Source: a virus. From it: a DNA stretch of 64,000 nucleotides. The translations under genes were made by a program, and so were the position numbers. Every line of letters begins with the position of its first letter. The stretch's first letter is position 1. The stretch lies in the IMG/VR virus record IMGVR_UViG_3300047095_000811, positions 72,854-136,853 of that record. One strand, given 5' to 3'. The notes beneath the pieces are model-generated. The model was not told the DNA's origin, did no database searches, and was given only the letters and a program-made list of their open reading frames with translations. Positions 37,142 to 48,400 of this stretch are shown here, one piece after another.

Positions 37142-39881
37142 TCTTTCTCCTGAAGTCCGCTACGACCGTCTTGTTGAACATCGTCGTCTCGTCGCTGGTG
37201 TCGAAGTTCGCCCCCTTGAGGAGGACGACCCCGATCTCCGCGCTGGCGAAAGCCTCGTTGTGTGTGATCACGAAGCATTGCTCGCAGGCCAGAGCGTCCA
37301 GCTGTTTTTCGAGGATGTCAAGGAACTTGTAGCGATTGGTGGTATCGAGTTCCGCGTCAACTTCGTCGAGGTAGACGAGGTTGTACTTGGTGTCAGATTG
37401 TCTGATCGCCCTGCTGGTGATCCCCAACGACAGAGAGCACTTGACCAGCGCGGTCTCGCCTTGGCTGCACTCAGTGATATCCTTGGCGTACGGGAACCCG
37501 TTCTTGTAAACCGGGATGCTGAAGTCGGTGTCGGACACGTTGAAGTCGATGGCAAAGCCGTCGCCGAGCGCCAGCGTCAGGAGCCGGTTCGTCTCTTCCT
37601 TGATGCCGTCGAGGTAGGAACCGAGGATGTGGAGGGGAATGCCGGTCTTGATGTCGAGCGCGTCTTTGACGACTTTCAGAACTTCCCGGCTGTCCATCAG
37701 ATTCGCCTTCCGCTCCTCGTATTCCTCGATTCTGGCCAGTTTGGTGGAGTAGGTTGCCACCTCCTTGGTCAGCTCAGTCACGCTCTCGTCGAGGGTCTCC
37801 TTCTCCCCTTCCAGATCTTTCACCTTCTGCTCGGCGGTCGAGATGCGCTCGATGTTTTCGAGGTTGTTCTCGTAGATCTTGTTGAGGGCCTTGAGATCCT
37901 TCTCGATCGCGGCGACTTCGGCGAGAATACTCTGCAGGGTTTCGATCAGGTCTTTGGCGGATTCCTTCTTCTCCAGCGACTCCTTGGCGTCCGCCAGTCC
38001 CTCCTTCACCTCGGCCTCTTTCGGAGTGATCCGGGTGATCTCGTCGTTTGCCTTAGAGATCCGGTCGTTGATTTCCCCGACGAACGATTCCACATCGCTC
38101 ATGGACTCAATCTTCGACGCGGTGTTCTCGATTGCAGCTTTCTTGTCCTCGATCTTCTTGGCCAGATTGACCTTGCGCACGACGGGGGACATATCGAAGA
38201 GGCTTTGGACTTCCTCTGCGGTCATGTCGTACACCGCCATCCCGATGTCTCGGTTGTGCTCTTTGAAGACTTCAGCAAGTTTGGTCTTGGCCAGAACCGA
38301 AGGACTCATCTCGACGAACATGTAAACGCCAGACTGGAACAGCTGGGCCTTCGTCCTTATGGCTTTGAGACATGCGATTCTTGTCTGGATTTTCTGGAGG
38401 GCAATCTCGGCCTTCTCGATCGTCTCCTTCTTCTCGGTCAACTCGTCGGCTTTCTCCTTGTGGGAGAGGCCGATCTTGTAGACCTCGCAGGTCTTGCTCC
38501 GGCAGAGCGAAGCGACGTCGATGGTGGTCTTGGAGGCGATGCGCTCGTCTTCGGCAGAGCGAAGCTCACGCTTCAGCTTGGAGATCTCGGCTTCCTTCTT
38601 CTCGGCGAGGAGCTCGTCCGATTCGATGCGCTCCTTGAGGGACTGCTCCGACGCCGTGAACATCAGCTCGATGTACTCCTCGTCGAAGTCTGCAACGAGG
38701 CGCTTGCCCTCAACGATGTCCATCGCCAGACGCTGGGCCTGGGCGCTGTCGGAAGTGGCGTCCTCGACGACGATGCCGTCGATGATCCCGACGCCCTTGA
38801 TCTCCTTGAACTGCTTCTCGACTTCCTTCAGTTCTCCTCTGTACTTCGATAGCAGTTCCTTCAGCTCGTCGACCGACGTGGTGGAGCTCTTCGAGTACTT
38901 CTTCAGCTCGATCTGAGCGGCATTGCGGTTGTTTGTCGCTGCGACCCTCGCCCCTTGGAGGCGTTCGAGTTCGAGAGTCAGCTCGTTCACCCGCTTAGTG
39001 AGATCCTTGATCTCGGAGTTCAGGCTTCCGATCTTCTTGGCGATCGTCGCCTTGTCGTACTCCCTCAGCTTCGGATAGTCGGAGTAGACCTCTTCGAGTT
39101 CGCCCTGCTTCTCGGCGAGCTCCTTGGTCTTCGCTTCCCGCTCCGCAAGCTCTTCGGCGAACTCGGCCACCGCCTTCTTAGCGGTCTCCACCTCTCGCTG
39201 CGTCGAGATGATCTCGGCGGCAAGCTTGGCGACGTTCTGGCTGGTCTTCTTGAGAGTCTTCCCGATGACGTCGATGCGGGACTTGACTTCTTCCTTGTCC
39301 TCCAGCTTCGACATCTCGTCGGTGATGTACTTGATCTCCTTATTGGAGAGATTCAGCTTGTCGTTGACGACCTTGTATGCGTTGATGTACATGTCGATCG
39401 AGGGGGTGAACTTCCCCAAGAACTGCTTGCGGGCGCTGGCCTGCAGGTCGATGAAGTTCTTGCTATTGGATCCGATCTTGACGATCTTGAAGAACTCCGC
39501 GTTCACCCCGAGCTCTTCCTCCACGATGGCGATGAACGTGCGGATGCCGCCAGACTCGTTCAGGGACTCGTCGTTCTTGTAGATGAAGGACTTGTTCTTC
39601 CCCTTGCCGTAGTAGTGCTCGATGCGATACAGGTCGCCGCCCTTGCGGATGTGGATCTCCTTATATCCCTCGTGGTCGTCGAGGATCAGGCTGTCCCGGC
39701 TATCGAAGGACTCCATGAACGGATGGAGGGTAGACATGATGGTCGACTTGCCCGACCCGTTCGCGCCTAGGAAGAGGATGATGCGCTTCTCACACTTCGT
39801 GAAGTCGATCTCGATCTCTTTGCGTCCCATCCCTGCCATGATTCCTTTGAAGTTTTTCAACTTCAGGTACTCGATTATCAT
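37131..39881 (-). CDS. sbcC: SbcC/Rad50-like ATPase
   Basis: Walker A GANGSGKST, long coiled coil with central Cys pair CRSKTC, signature SQGE, Walker B YLDEVD, ITH. Confidence 0.92.
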   Translation of the reverse strand: MIIEYLKLKNFKGIMAGMGRKEIEIDFTKCEKRIILFLGANGSGKSTIMSTLHPFMESFDSRDSLILDDHEGYKEIHIRKGGDLYRIEHYYGKGKNKSFIYKNDESLNESGGIRTFIAIVEEELGVNAEFFKIVKIGSNSKNFIDLQASARKQFLGKFTPSIDMYINAYKVVNDKLNLSNKEIKYITDEMSKLEDKEEVKSRIDVIGKTLKKTSQNVAKLAAEIISTQREVETAKKAVAEFAEELAEREAKTKELAEKQGELEEVYSDYPKLREYDKATIAKKIGSLNSEIKDLTKRVNELTLELERLQGARVAATNNRNAAQIELKKYSKSSTTSVDELKELLSKYRGELKEVEKQFKEIKGVGIIDGIVVEDATSDSAQAQRLAMDIVEGKRLVADFDEEYIELMFTASEQSLKERIESDELLAEKKEAEISKLKRELRSAEDERIASKTTIDVASLCRSKTCEVYKIGLSHKEKADELTEKKETIEKAEIALQKIQTRIACLKAIRTKAQLFQSGVYMFVEMSPSVLAKTKLAEVFKEHNRDIGMAVYDMTAEEVQSLFDMSPVVRKVNLAKKIEDKKAAIENTASKIESMSDVESFVGEINDRISKANDEITRITPKEAEVKEGLADAKESLEKKESAKDLIETLQSILAEVAAIEKDLKALNKIYENNLENIERISTAEQKVKDLEGEKETLDESVTELTKEVATYSTKLARIEEYEERKANLMDSREVLKVVKDALDIKTGIPLHILGSYLDGIKEETNRLLTLALGDGFAIDFNVSDTDFSIPVYKNGFPYAKDITECSQGETALVKCSLSLGITSRAIRQSDTKYNLVYLDEVDAELDTTNRYKFLDILEKQLDALACEQCFVITHNEAFASAEIGVVLLKGANFDTSDETTMFNKTVVADFRRKNEK

Positions 39882-39982
39882 GCTTGGTTCCTTTCTTCTT
39901 GAACACGCATATCATATATGTCATATTTTTCTGTTGCACAGATAAAAATCTCCATACGGCGCTAACCGTATGGAGATCCGTA

Positions 39983-40855
39983 TCACTGCAGTGCGGGGTT
40001 CACAGTGTAGCGACTGACCGGGGCCGGGAAGTCGGTGTCCAGCCGGAACTTCGTCACAAAGTTCAGCAGGTTGTTTGCCGTAGTGCCGGTGCTCAGGGAT
40101 CCGGTGGTAATCCGGTTGAAGACCCAAGAGATGTGCGACAGGTCTCGCAGGTTCCCAAGCACATGCTCCGAAATCACGCTCTGTTCGGCGACGATGAACT
40201 TGAAGAAGAGCATGTACGCCTTCAGCTTCGACTCGATGGCGCTCACGTCGTGGCTGGCGTGAAAAGCTCTCACCCCGTCCGGGACGTTTCTGCCAGCTGC
40301 CGAGATGAACTCGTGCAGGAGGTAAGCCTTGTACAGGGAGGTGATGTCGTCGGCGGTTCTGAGCTTGAGGAAGAGATTGTGCATCTTGTCAAAGCACATG
40401 TTCTCACCGAGGGCGTTCCTCTCCCCGTACATCACGTACCCGAGCAGGACATCCCGGAAGATCGTTCCACGGTACTCGATGGCCAGCTCCCCGGAATCAG
40501 AGAGGGAGAGGAGGTCGCTCGCCAAGAAGTTTCCAGCTAGCTGGGAATTCAGGAAGCGATCCTCGAAGTGTATGACGAAGTCGCTGGGGATGAGTCGGAA
40601 GTACCAGTTCAGATCCACCAGATTTCTGTGTTCCGTGCCGAAGCAGTCCAAGAGCTGTTCGACTTCTGAGTGGTGGACCGAAGCGCCTATCACGTCGTAT
40701 CCGATGGAGCGGACTGCCTCTCGGATGTAGATCCTAGCGATAGAGGGCATGCGCCCTGCCATAGCACCGTAGTAGTTCTCTAGGTTTGTCTTTGTGTCGA
40801 AGAGCCCGTAGAATGGCTCCATGTCCGACATGAATTCTTCGAGAGTTCTTGCCAT
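39983..40855 (-). CDS. hypothetical protein (late operon)
   Basis: 290 aa, downstream of 40863-42365. Confidence 0.7.
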   Translation of the reverse strand: MARTLEEFMSDMEPFYGLFDTKTNLENYYGAMAGRMPSIARIYIREAVRSIGYDVIGASVHHSEVEQLLDCFGTEHRNLVDLNWYFRLIPSDFVIHFEDRFLNSQLAGNFLASDLLSLSDSGELAIEYRGTIFRDVLLGYVMYGERNALGENMCFDKMHNLFLKLRTADDITSLYKAYLLHEFISAAGRNVPDGVRAFHASHDVSAIESKLKAYMLFFKFIVAEQSVISEHVLGNLRDLSHISWVFNRITTGSLSTGTTANNLLNFVTKFRLDTDFPAPVSRYTVNPALQ

Positions 40856-40862
40856 ATTTTCC

Positions 40863-42365
40863 TCAAGCCATCAGGCTGTAAGCAGTTTCCGAGAGATCTT
40901 CGATGTTCGCCAAGTTATTGGTCACGAGATCCTCGTTCAGGTCGTGGACGTACTTAAGATCGGCGGTCGCCTCGGACTCGAACTCACCGTACTTGGAGAA
41001 ATCCACCGACAGCTCGGACATGTTACCCTGCAGCTTCCGGGCCAGCCTGTAGGTTTCTAGGTTAGTCCCGATAGAGCTGGTGAGCATGTTGTCGTCTCTG
41101 AAGCCGTAGGTCGCCAGAGTCCGGGAGTGCTCGTCTGCCGGGATGTTGCCCGTCTTGACGTAGATCGGAGAGTTCATGTCTCCGTTCAGGGAGCCCCGGT
41201 ACGACTTGGTGAGGTCGTAGGTGTTCCGGTTCATCAGAGCGTATCTCTCGTCGGCGAGATACTTCTCCTTCTTCTTCGCACAGCACTTGCAAGAGTTGTC
41301 GGACGCGTTCGGGTTGTACCCGCCGTACATCGTGGCGTTTGCGGTATTGAGACCCTTCACCCCGAAGACCGACGAGATGAACGGGTCGTAGTTCCCAAAC
41401 TTGTTTAAGCTCTGTGCGGTGCTACAGGCGGTATACGACTTACTCGAAGAGAAGGCGTTCCGCATGGAGTCGGAGAGAGCGGTGTTGACCAGAGACGGCA
41501 CTCCGAGCTGCTGGAGGAAGCCGCCGAGTTTCGGGTTCAGGCCGGACAGCATGGCATTCGCCTGACCAGTCAGACCGTTGACGAAACCCCCGGCTTGCGA
41601 GGCCAGACCGTTGATGCCACCCTGCACGGCGTTGATCGCGTTCAGAGCGCCGCCCACCCCACCCTGCACGGCGTTGACGACCGCCATAGTCCCGCTGAGA
41701 GGATTGACGTTGTCTAGGCCCTCGAAGCTTCCTCCGAGCATGTTGGTCAAGCCGGTCTCCAGAAGGGCGAGAGCGTCGTCGCTCTGACATTCGAGCATCT
41801 TCGCCAGAGACGAGATAGGGTCGTCGGGAAGAGGGATGTCGAAGTCGAAGTCTGTCAGCTTGTCCATCAAGTTCTCAGGGCTGAAGTTGCTCAGCGCGGT
41901 GAGCGCGCTGTCGATCATGTTCGAGAGACCAGTGCTGATCTTGTTGAACATGTTCTTTATGTCCGTTGCGTCCGGGAGGCTGATCTTGAGGTTCAGGTCA
42001 GGCATCCGAAAGTCCAGATTCTTCAGCTTCTCGACGCTGTTGAGGCCGAGAGAGGTCAGCTTGTCGGTCAGAGCAGAGATGGTGTCCAGCACTCCTGCAG
42101 CCGCGATGGCTGCGTTGAATCCGGCGTTCACGCAGCCGTCCAGAACCTTGATTGCGCTCCCTACGTCTCTCAGTGCCCCGTTGATCTGGTTGTTGGACGA
42201 GTTGATGAGCATCTTGAGGTTATTCAGTTCCGGCCCACCGCAGGCAAGGTTCCGGGACACGTAGTCCTCGACCATGTAGCCTTGAGGGTAGACCCTTGGA
42301 ATGTCGCCAGCTTGGATTCTATCGAAGGGCTTGACGATCGAGTTCCTTATGTCAAATACATTCAT
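40863..42365 (-). CDS. putative virion protein
   Basis: 500 aa, Gly/Asn/Ala-rich helical region; late promoter motif at 42397-42408. Confidence 0.6.
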   Translation of the reverse strand: MNVFDIRNSIVKPFDRIQAGDIPRVYPQGYMVEDYVSRNLACGGPELNNLKMLINSSNNQINGALRDVGSAIKVLDGCVNAGFNAAIAAAGVLDTISALTDKLTSLGLNSVEKLKNLDFRMPDLNLKISLPDATDIKNMFNKISTGLSNMIDSALTALSNFSPENLMDKLTDFDFDIPLPDDPISSLAKMLECQSDDALALLETGLTNMLGGSFEGLDNVNPLSGTMAVVNAVQGGVGGALNAINAVQGGINGLASQAGGFVNGLTGQANAMLSGLNPKLGGFLQQLGVPSLVNTALSDSMRNAFSSSKSYTACSTAQSLNKFGNYDPFISSVFGVKGLNTANATMYGGYNPNASDNSCKCCAKKKEKYLADERYALMNRNTYDLTKSYRGSLNGDMNSPIYVKTGNIPADEHSRTLATYGFRDDNMLTSSIGTNLETYRLARKLQGNMSELSVDFSKYGEFESEATADLKYVHDLNEDLVTNNLANIEDLSETAYSLMA

Positions 42366-42396
42366 GATTTTCCTTCCAGGAAATCCTTTTGCAAAT

Positions 42397-42432
42397 TATT
42401 TCAATGTTCTTTGAGAATTTAACAGGTAGATA
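42397..42432. promoter_or_regulatory. back-to-back late promoter motifs (AACA-N6-TA on both strands)
   Basis: Minus strand AACA-ttgaaa-TA (42397-42408) and plus strand AACA-ggtaga-TA (42421-42432). Confidence 0.75.
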
Positions 42433-42465
42433 ATCACCATTTTAGGTTTCTAGAAGGAAAACGTC

Positions 42466-45400
42466 ATGGCTGTGTTCCTAAAGAACGTGGCGAAGTCCTT
42501 GTTGACTAATACCCTCCCGGAGGGTACCACGAGGCTCTTCCCCGGAACCGCAGAAGTCATGTCCCGCTTTAAGCAGGACGTGGACAAGTCTGAGGGTATC
42601 GTAGACGAACTACGAGAGAAAGCATCAAAGTTCAGCCAAGCCGCAAACTTCGCTGGATTCAAGCGGATCCACAAGACCGCGTTCAAGCAGCTCTCCACCG
42701 GCAAGTTCGGCATCTCCAAGGAGGAAGCCGACTCCGACATGATGAAGAGCATGGGCTTCGACATGGAGGGGATGGACCTCTCCGGAGACTTTGACTTCGA
42801 CGCTGCAAACGGTGCAGGCGGCGATTCTTCGTCTTCCGCCGAGTCCTCGACCAGCCCGGATGGCTCGGTCACTGAGATTACCAACAAGAACTATTACACT
42901 AACATCAACAAAGGCAGCTCCGACAACGGAGAAGTCGTTAGTGCGATCGCTTCCGGGGCAATCACCGGATTGGGCGGTCTAGCCGCAATCGGCGGCATTT
43001 TGTCTGAGATCAACAAGAACATCGGTCTGCTCGACGCCTTCCAGAAGGAAAAGACGTCGATGTACTACGACCTTTCACTGGAGGCTTCTAAAGCTCTGGT
43101 GGCGGCGCAGGAGAAGCAGAGCGCCGACTCCGCGAAGATGTACCAGTACTTCGCGGACTTGCAAGATCAAAAAACTTTGAAGGCTGCTCAAGAGCAAACC
43201 GGGATCGACATGGGCTCCATGCTCGACCCCTCCAGACTGCTCGGGAAGATCAACGATAGCTTCTTCACCAGCGACATGGTGCTCGGCGGTCTCGGAAACG
43301 AGATTGGGAAGATCGCCAAGGATCCGATCGGATTCCTCGCGTCAGCTGCTCTTTTCGGGTCTGCGTTCGGTGGCGGTCGCGGTCTAGTTGGGGAGATGTT
43401 TGGTTCGCAGATCGATAAGGTCGAGCGGATGGCAAAGAACCTTCCGTACTTGGCCCAGAACAAGCTCGAAAGCTGGTCTGCCGGTCGCGACTACGGTAAG
43501 AGTGGTTTCTCCATCGAGAACATTCTTGCCTCGATTGGCGACAACCTGAAGCTGGACATCGCTAACCCGAAGCTCAAGCTGAATCAGGATGCCGACGGAG
43601 CGACCTCGTTCGACACCGTGACCAGACGCTCCATCATCACCGAGATCCCAGGATACCTGTCTAAGATCTTGATGACGCTACAGCAGTTGACTGACATCAC
43701 CAGCCGTGCGCACAACCTCCAGCCGGACTCCAAAATCGGTCACACCGTCTACGACAGGGAGACCGGGAAGTTCGAGGGAGAACACAAGTACAAGAGCGCG
43801 ATCGCTTCAAGATTCCGCAAGATCAATCGCGGTGAGACTTCCGAGGGCTTTGGCACTAACTTGAAGCAGGCGATGACCGCCTCCGGCGTCAAGGGCCACG
43901 ACGCTCGTCGCCTGCAGGCCAGCTTGCTCGGTCTCGCCAACTCCAACTTCGCCGGGATGACGGACCTGAAGGACTCCAAGTCCGTCAAGGAAATGCTCGG
44001 TCGGATGTGGGATCAGGAGATCAAGAAGCGCAAGGGTCAGACCAACGAAGAGTACGAGGACTTCAAGAAGCGCACGATCGCCAAGCGGATCAGCAAGATC
44101 TCTCCGCATCTGGATTCCGTCATCGGGACCATGAATGCGTCTGGCAAGTCGGACGACATTCTGGCTGCTGACTTGGCTACTCGCAAGGCGGCGCTGGACA
44201 AGATCCGCGTTGAGAAGGGCGAGGCGCAGTACAAGGCGGAACACGCCAAGTTCCTTGAGTACAAGAAGCGCGTCGAGAAGCTGAAGGCTTCCGGCGACCT
44301 CGGAACCCACTACTCCAACAACCTCGAAGACTCCTTCATCCGCCACGGAGCGGACACGTACCAAGCCGTCGTGGACGAAGGCAAGCGCATGTCCGGGAAG
44401 ACTTCCGGTATGGTTGCCGCTCTGAACGGAGACATCACCGAAGTCAAGGGTAAGAAGGACTACACTGTCAAGAATAAGGATGCTGACAAGCTCCGTAAGA
44501 TGGCAGAGCAGTTCCGAGACAGAGCCAAGGCTTCTAGAGCTGCGTCCGGCTCCGATTCCGGCTTCTTCGACTCCATCGTCGACAAGATCGGCGGCGTCGG
44601 CACCAAGGTCTACGAGAAGATCGGCAAGGCCGGTGACAGCATCGCCAAGAGCGTGAAGTCCGGCATCACCAGCGTCTTCGGTCTAGACAAGAAGGAGACC
44701 AAAGGCAAGAGCCTGCTGGAGACCATGTCGTTTGCGTTCGACCAGAAGGCGCTTCTGCCGTTTAAGCGGATGCTCATCGGGAAGTCAGAGGGAGACGCGA
44801 CCAAGATGTCGTTCCTCGACACCGTCAAGCTTCGCTGGGACACCAGCATCTTGACGCCAATGAAGAAGGCGATGCTTGGAGAGGGAGCCACCGCTGAAGA
44901 GGCTCAGAAGACATCTTTCTTCGAGTCGCTGAACAAGGGCATGAACCGCACCGTTCTGATGCCGCTCAAGACGTGGCTCATCGGAGACGAGAAGGCCGCA
45001 AAGAGAGTTGGCTTCTTCAAGGCCATCGAGATCTCTTGGAATAAGAATGTCATGCTCCCGGTGAAAACCTGGATGATGGGCGGCGACAAGAAGTCTGCCC
45101 GCAAGATGACATTCCTCCAAGTCGTCGGCGACAAGCTTGAGAAATCGGTGTTCCTCCCGCTCCGCACGAGCCTGCTCGGCGGGAACGAGAAGAAGGCCAA
45201 GAATCTGTCGATGTGGGGAGCGATCTCCCACAGCTTCGACCGCAACATCACTCACCCGCTGAAGAAGCTCATGCTTCCTGACGCGGACGTCCGCACTCTC
45301 CGCAAGACGTCATTCCTGACCGCGATGCGTACCTCCTTCGACCAGAAGGTGCTGCAGCCGATCAAGGGGTGGCTGTTCGGCGAGGAGGGCAAGAAGAAGT

Positions 45401-48400
45401 CATTCTTCAAGAACTTCTCCGAATGGATGGGTCCGAGGATCAACAAGATCCTCTTCGGCGACAAGGCCAAGGACAACACCCTGTGGGGCAACATCAAGAA
45501 CACCCTGAAGGGAGTCGGCACGTTCATCTCCGACAAGGTATTCAAGCCCCTCAAGGGATGGTTCCTTGACGAGCTCATGCCCTCCATGAAGGACATGTTC
45601 AAGGAAGTCGGAGCAGAGGTCAAGCGTTTCTTCGGGAAGGCCAAGGACTTCTTCACCAAGGATCTCGTGAAAGGTGCCAAGGGCATCATGAAGGAGATCT
45701 TGGGCGATGACATGATCAAGACGATCCGCGAGAAGGTCGTGGATCCGTTCAAGAATGCGATCGCTAAGCTCGGCGAAACGCTGGGCGGCTTCTTCAAGTT
45801 CTTCCTGAGACTGCCAGTGAACCTCTTCAAGGGTATTGCTGACTCGATCAAGCTGAACCGCATGAAGCGCGGCGAGGGCAACTTCTCCGACGACGAGCGA
45901 AACCGCCTCGAAGCACTGGACAAGAAGGGTTCCACCTTCGACTTCATGGCTGGCGTCCGCAAGAAGGCTGAAGACACCAAGAAGGCGGTTGACGACGCGT
46001 TGACTCCTCCGGCTGATGTTGGTCAACGCTTCAAGAAAGCCGGGGAACAGGTCTCCGAGGGCTTCGAAGAAGGGATCGTTGACGGCACCAAGACCATCTG
46101 GGAGAAAGTCAAGGACATGGGCACTGGCGTGTTGGACAAGGTGAAAGCCGTGTTCGACATTCACTCTCCGTCCCGCAAGATGAGAGAGCTCGGCGAACAC
46201 GTCGTCGAGGGCTTCATCGAGGGCCTGAAGAGGAAGGAACAAGAGGCTCTGGCGATCATCGACCGTCTGAGCAACTCCCTCCAGAATCGTAAGCTCGAAC
46301 TGTCCGGAGAGATCACTGCCAAGGTGGACGAGGGCGCTGAGAAGGGTGGCCGCTTCGGCGAGATCATCAAACAGCTCCACGCCAACGTCACCGAGACGAA
46401 GAAGACCACGTCGATCCTCGACAAGATCCACGACTTCATGAAGGGCAACCTATCCGAAGTCGACAAGACCACCAAGAAGATCCTCTACGCCATGAAGAAC
46501 GGCGGCAAGGGTGCTGGCGAAATCGACCTGTACTCCAGTCCGCTGAGCTGGATGGGCAACAAGCTCGACAGTCTGCTCTCGACCGGCCTGAAGACCATCA
46601 AGGGATTCGTGGACGGCGCAGCGAACGTGCTGAAGAGCTTTTCCGACCTGCCCAAGAAGGTGCTTGGGATGTTCGGCGATCTGGCGAAGTCTGCCATGAG
46701 CGTCGTGACCAACCTGCTCCCGAACATCGGCGATCTGGCGGCAAGCGCCATGAAGACGCTGAGCAACCTTGCGAAGAATGCTGGCGACACGTTCGTCAAC
46801 ATGACCGACAAGGTACTCCAAGCCGGTCTCAAGCTGGCCGGACAGATCGGCAATGCGATCAAGCCTTTGACCGATGCGTTCGTCGACGTAACCTCAACTC
46901 TGATCAGCGGCCTGAAGCCTGCTGTTACGAGTCTGACGACTGCGCTAACTAGCGCCGTGCAGGGTCTGGCTACTTTTGCTGGCAAGCTTCTGGACTTTGC
47001 GGGTCAGCTCGGGAACAAGGTTCTCGACTTCTCCGCCAAGCACCTCGGCATCTCTATCGGCAAGGGCCGGACCGGCGGAGGTCTCATGGACCCCAACGCC
47101 ATCGTCAAGGTGTCGCTGGTGAATAGCTTCGTCGGCGGGTCTGCTGCGAATCCGATGTACGTACACGTTGTAGACGGTAAGGTTCAGGTTTACAGGAAGG
47201 AAAAGCCTTCCGTGAAGATGACCGACAACATCGAGGACGTGACTGCCGCAGCCGACAAGCTCAAAGGTAAGAAGGACGCCGAGAAGAAAGAAGACAAGAA
47301 GGACGATACTCTCGATAAGCTGAAGGATGTCGCTGGCACCGTTGCGGGTGCTGCTGCTCCGGGGCTGATTGGGAAGGCAGCTACTACTGTCGGTGCCAAG
47401 GTCGCTGCGGCCAAGGCTGGCGCGAGTAGTATCCTTGGTAAGATCGTCGATCGCGGCGATTACACCAAGGCAAAGGCAATCGACAAGTTCCGTACTGCGG
47501 ATAAGATCAACGTTCGTTCCGACGAATGGAAGAATCTGAGCAAGGCCGACAGATCGAAGATTCTGAGCGAACGGAAGGCAGCTGCGAAGGCAGGGGAGAC
47601 CCTGAAGTCGAGCCGCACTGTCAGGATCAACGAGGGTCTGAAGAAGGCCGGAGGTAAGGTCACCGGAGCCATCGACAAGGTTGGCAAGGGTGCTTCTTGG
47701 ATTGGAGACAAAATCTCAGGTGCAGGGAAGGCCGTCACCAAAGCTACGACCGGCAAGTTCGGGACTGGCGGTGCAGGGAACCTGATCTCCAAGGCGACTT
47801 CTGGCGCTGTCGACAAGATCGGCGGGCTGGCAAAGACTAGCATCGAGAAGGTTGGTTCTTCGAGAATCGGTCAGGCAGTGGGCGGCGCTCTGGAGAAAGT
47901 TCCGGGCGGAGCTATCGCCAAGACTGTCGGTGGCGCTGCCGGGAAACTTGGCGGTGCTGCTGCGTCCATGACCGGGAAAGCCTTTGGTGGCGTGGTTGGC
48001 ACTGGCGTGAAAGCCATTGGCAGCACCGTTGCCAATGTCGGCGTCCGGATGCCTACGGCTATCGCTGGCGGTGCCATGAACATGGCGGGCAAAGCCGTCA
48101 GCGGCGTTGCTGGCATGGCAGGCAAGATGGCGGGCTCGGTCATGAAGATCGGTGCCAAGGGTCTCACGATCGGCGGCGTAGTCGGCGGTCTGGGCGAAGT
48201 CATCTCCGACACCATCTTCGAGAAGGGTGGCCACGCTCACAAGATCTTCACGAACTCCTTCAAGACGCTCGGCGGTGCATCCACCGGTGCTATGATCGGC
48301 AGTATGATCCTTCCGGGGGTCGGCACGCTGATCGGCGGCGTCATTGGTGCTGCTGCGTCCGGTCTGACGGATGCTCTGGCGGGCGTCAAGGACTGGCTGG

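Noticed and set aside
36939-38852. 637-aa plus-strand ORF antisense to sbcC (similar long shadows at 20055-21872, 13962-15290, 3458-4711, 45400-46431)
   Set aside because: These mirror real genes. Strong codon bias removes stops on the antisense strand, the products are rich in L/V/D/R with no motifs, and they lack an RBS.
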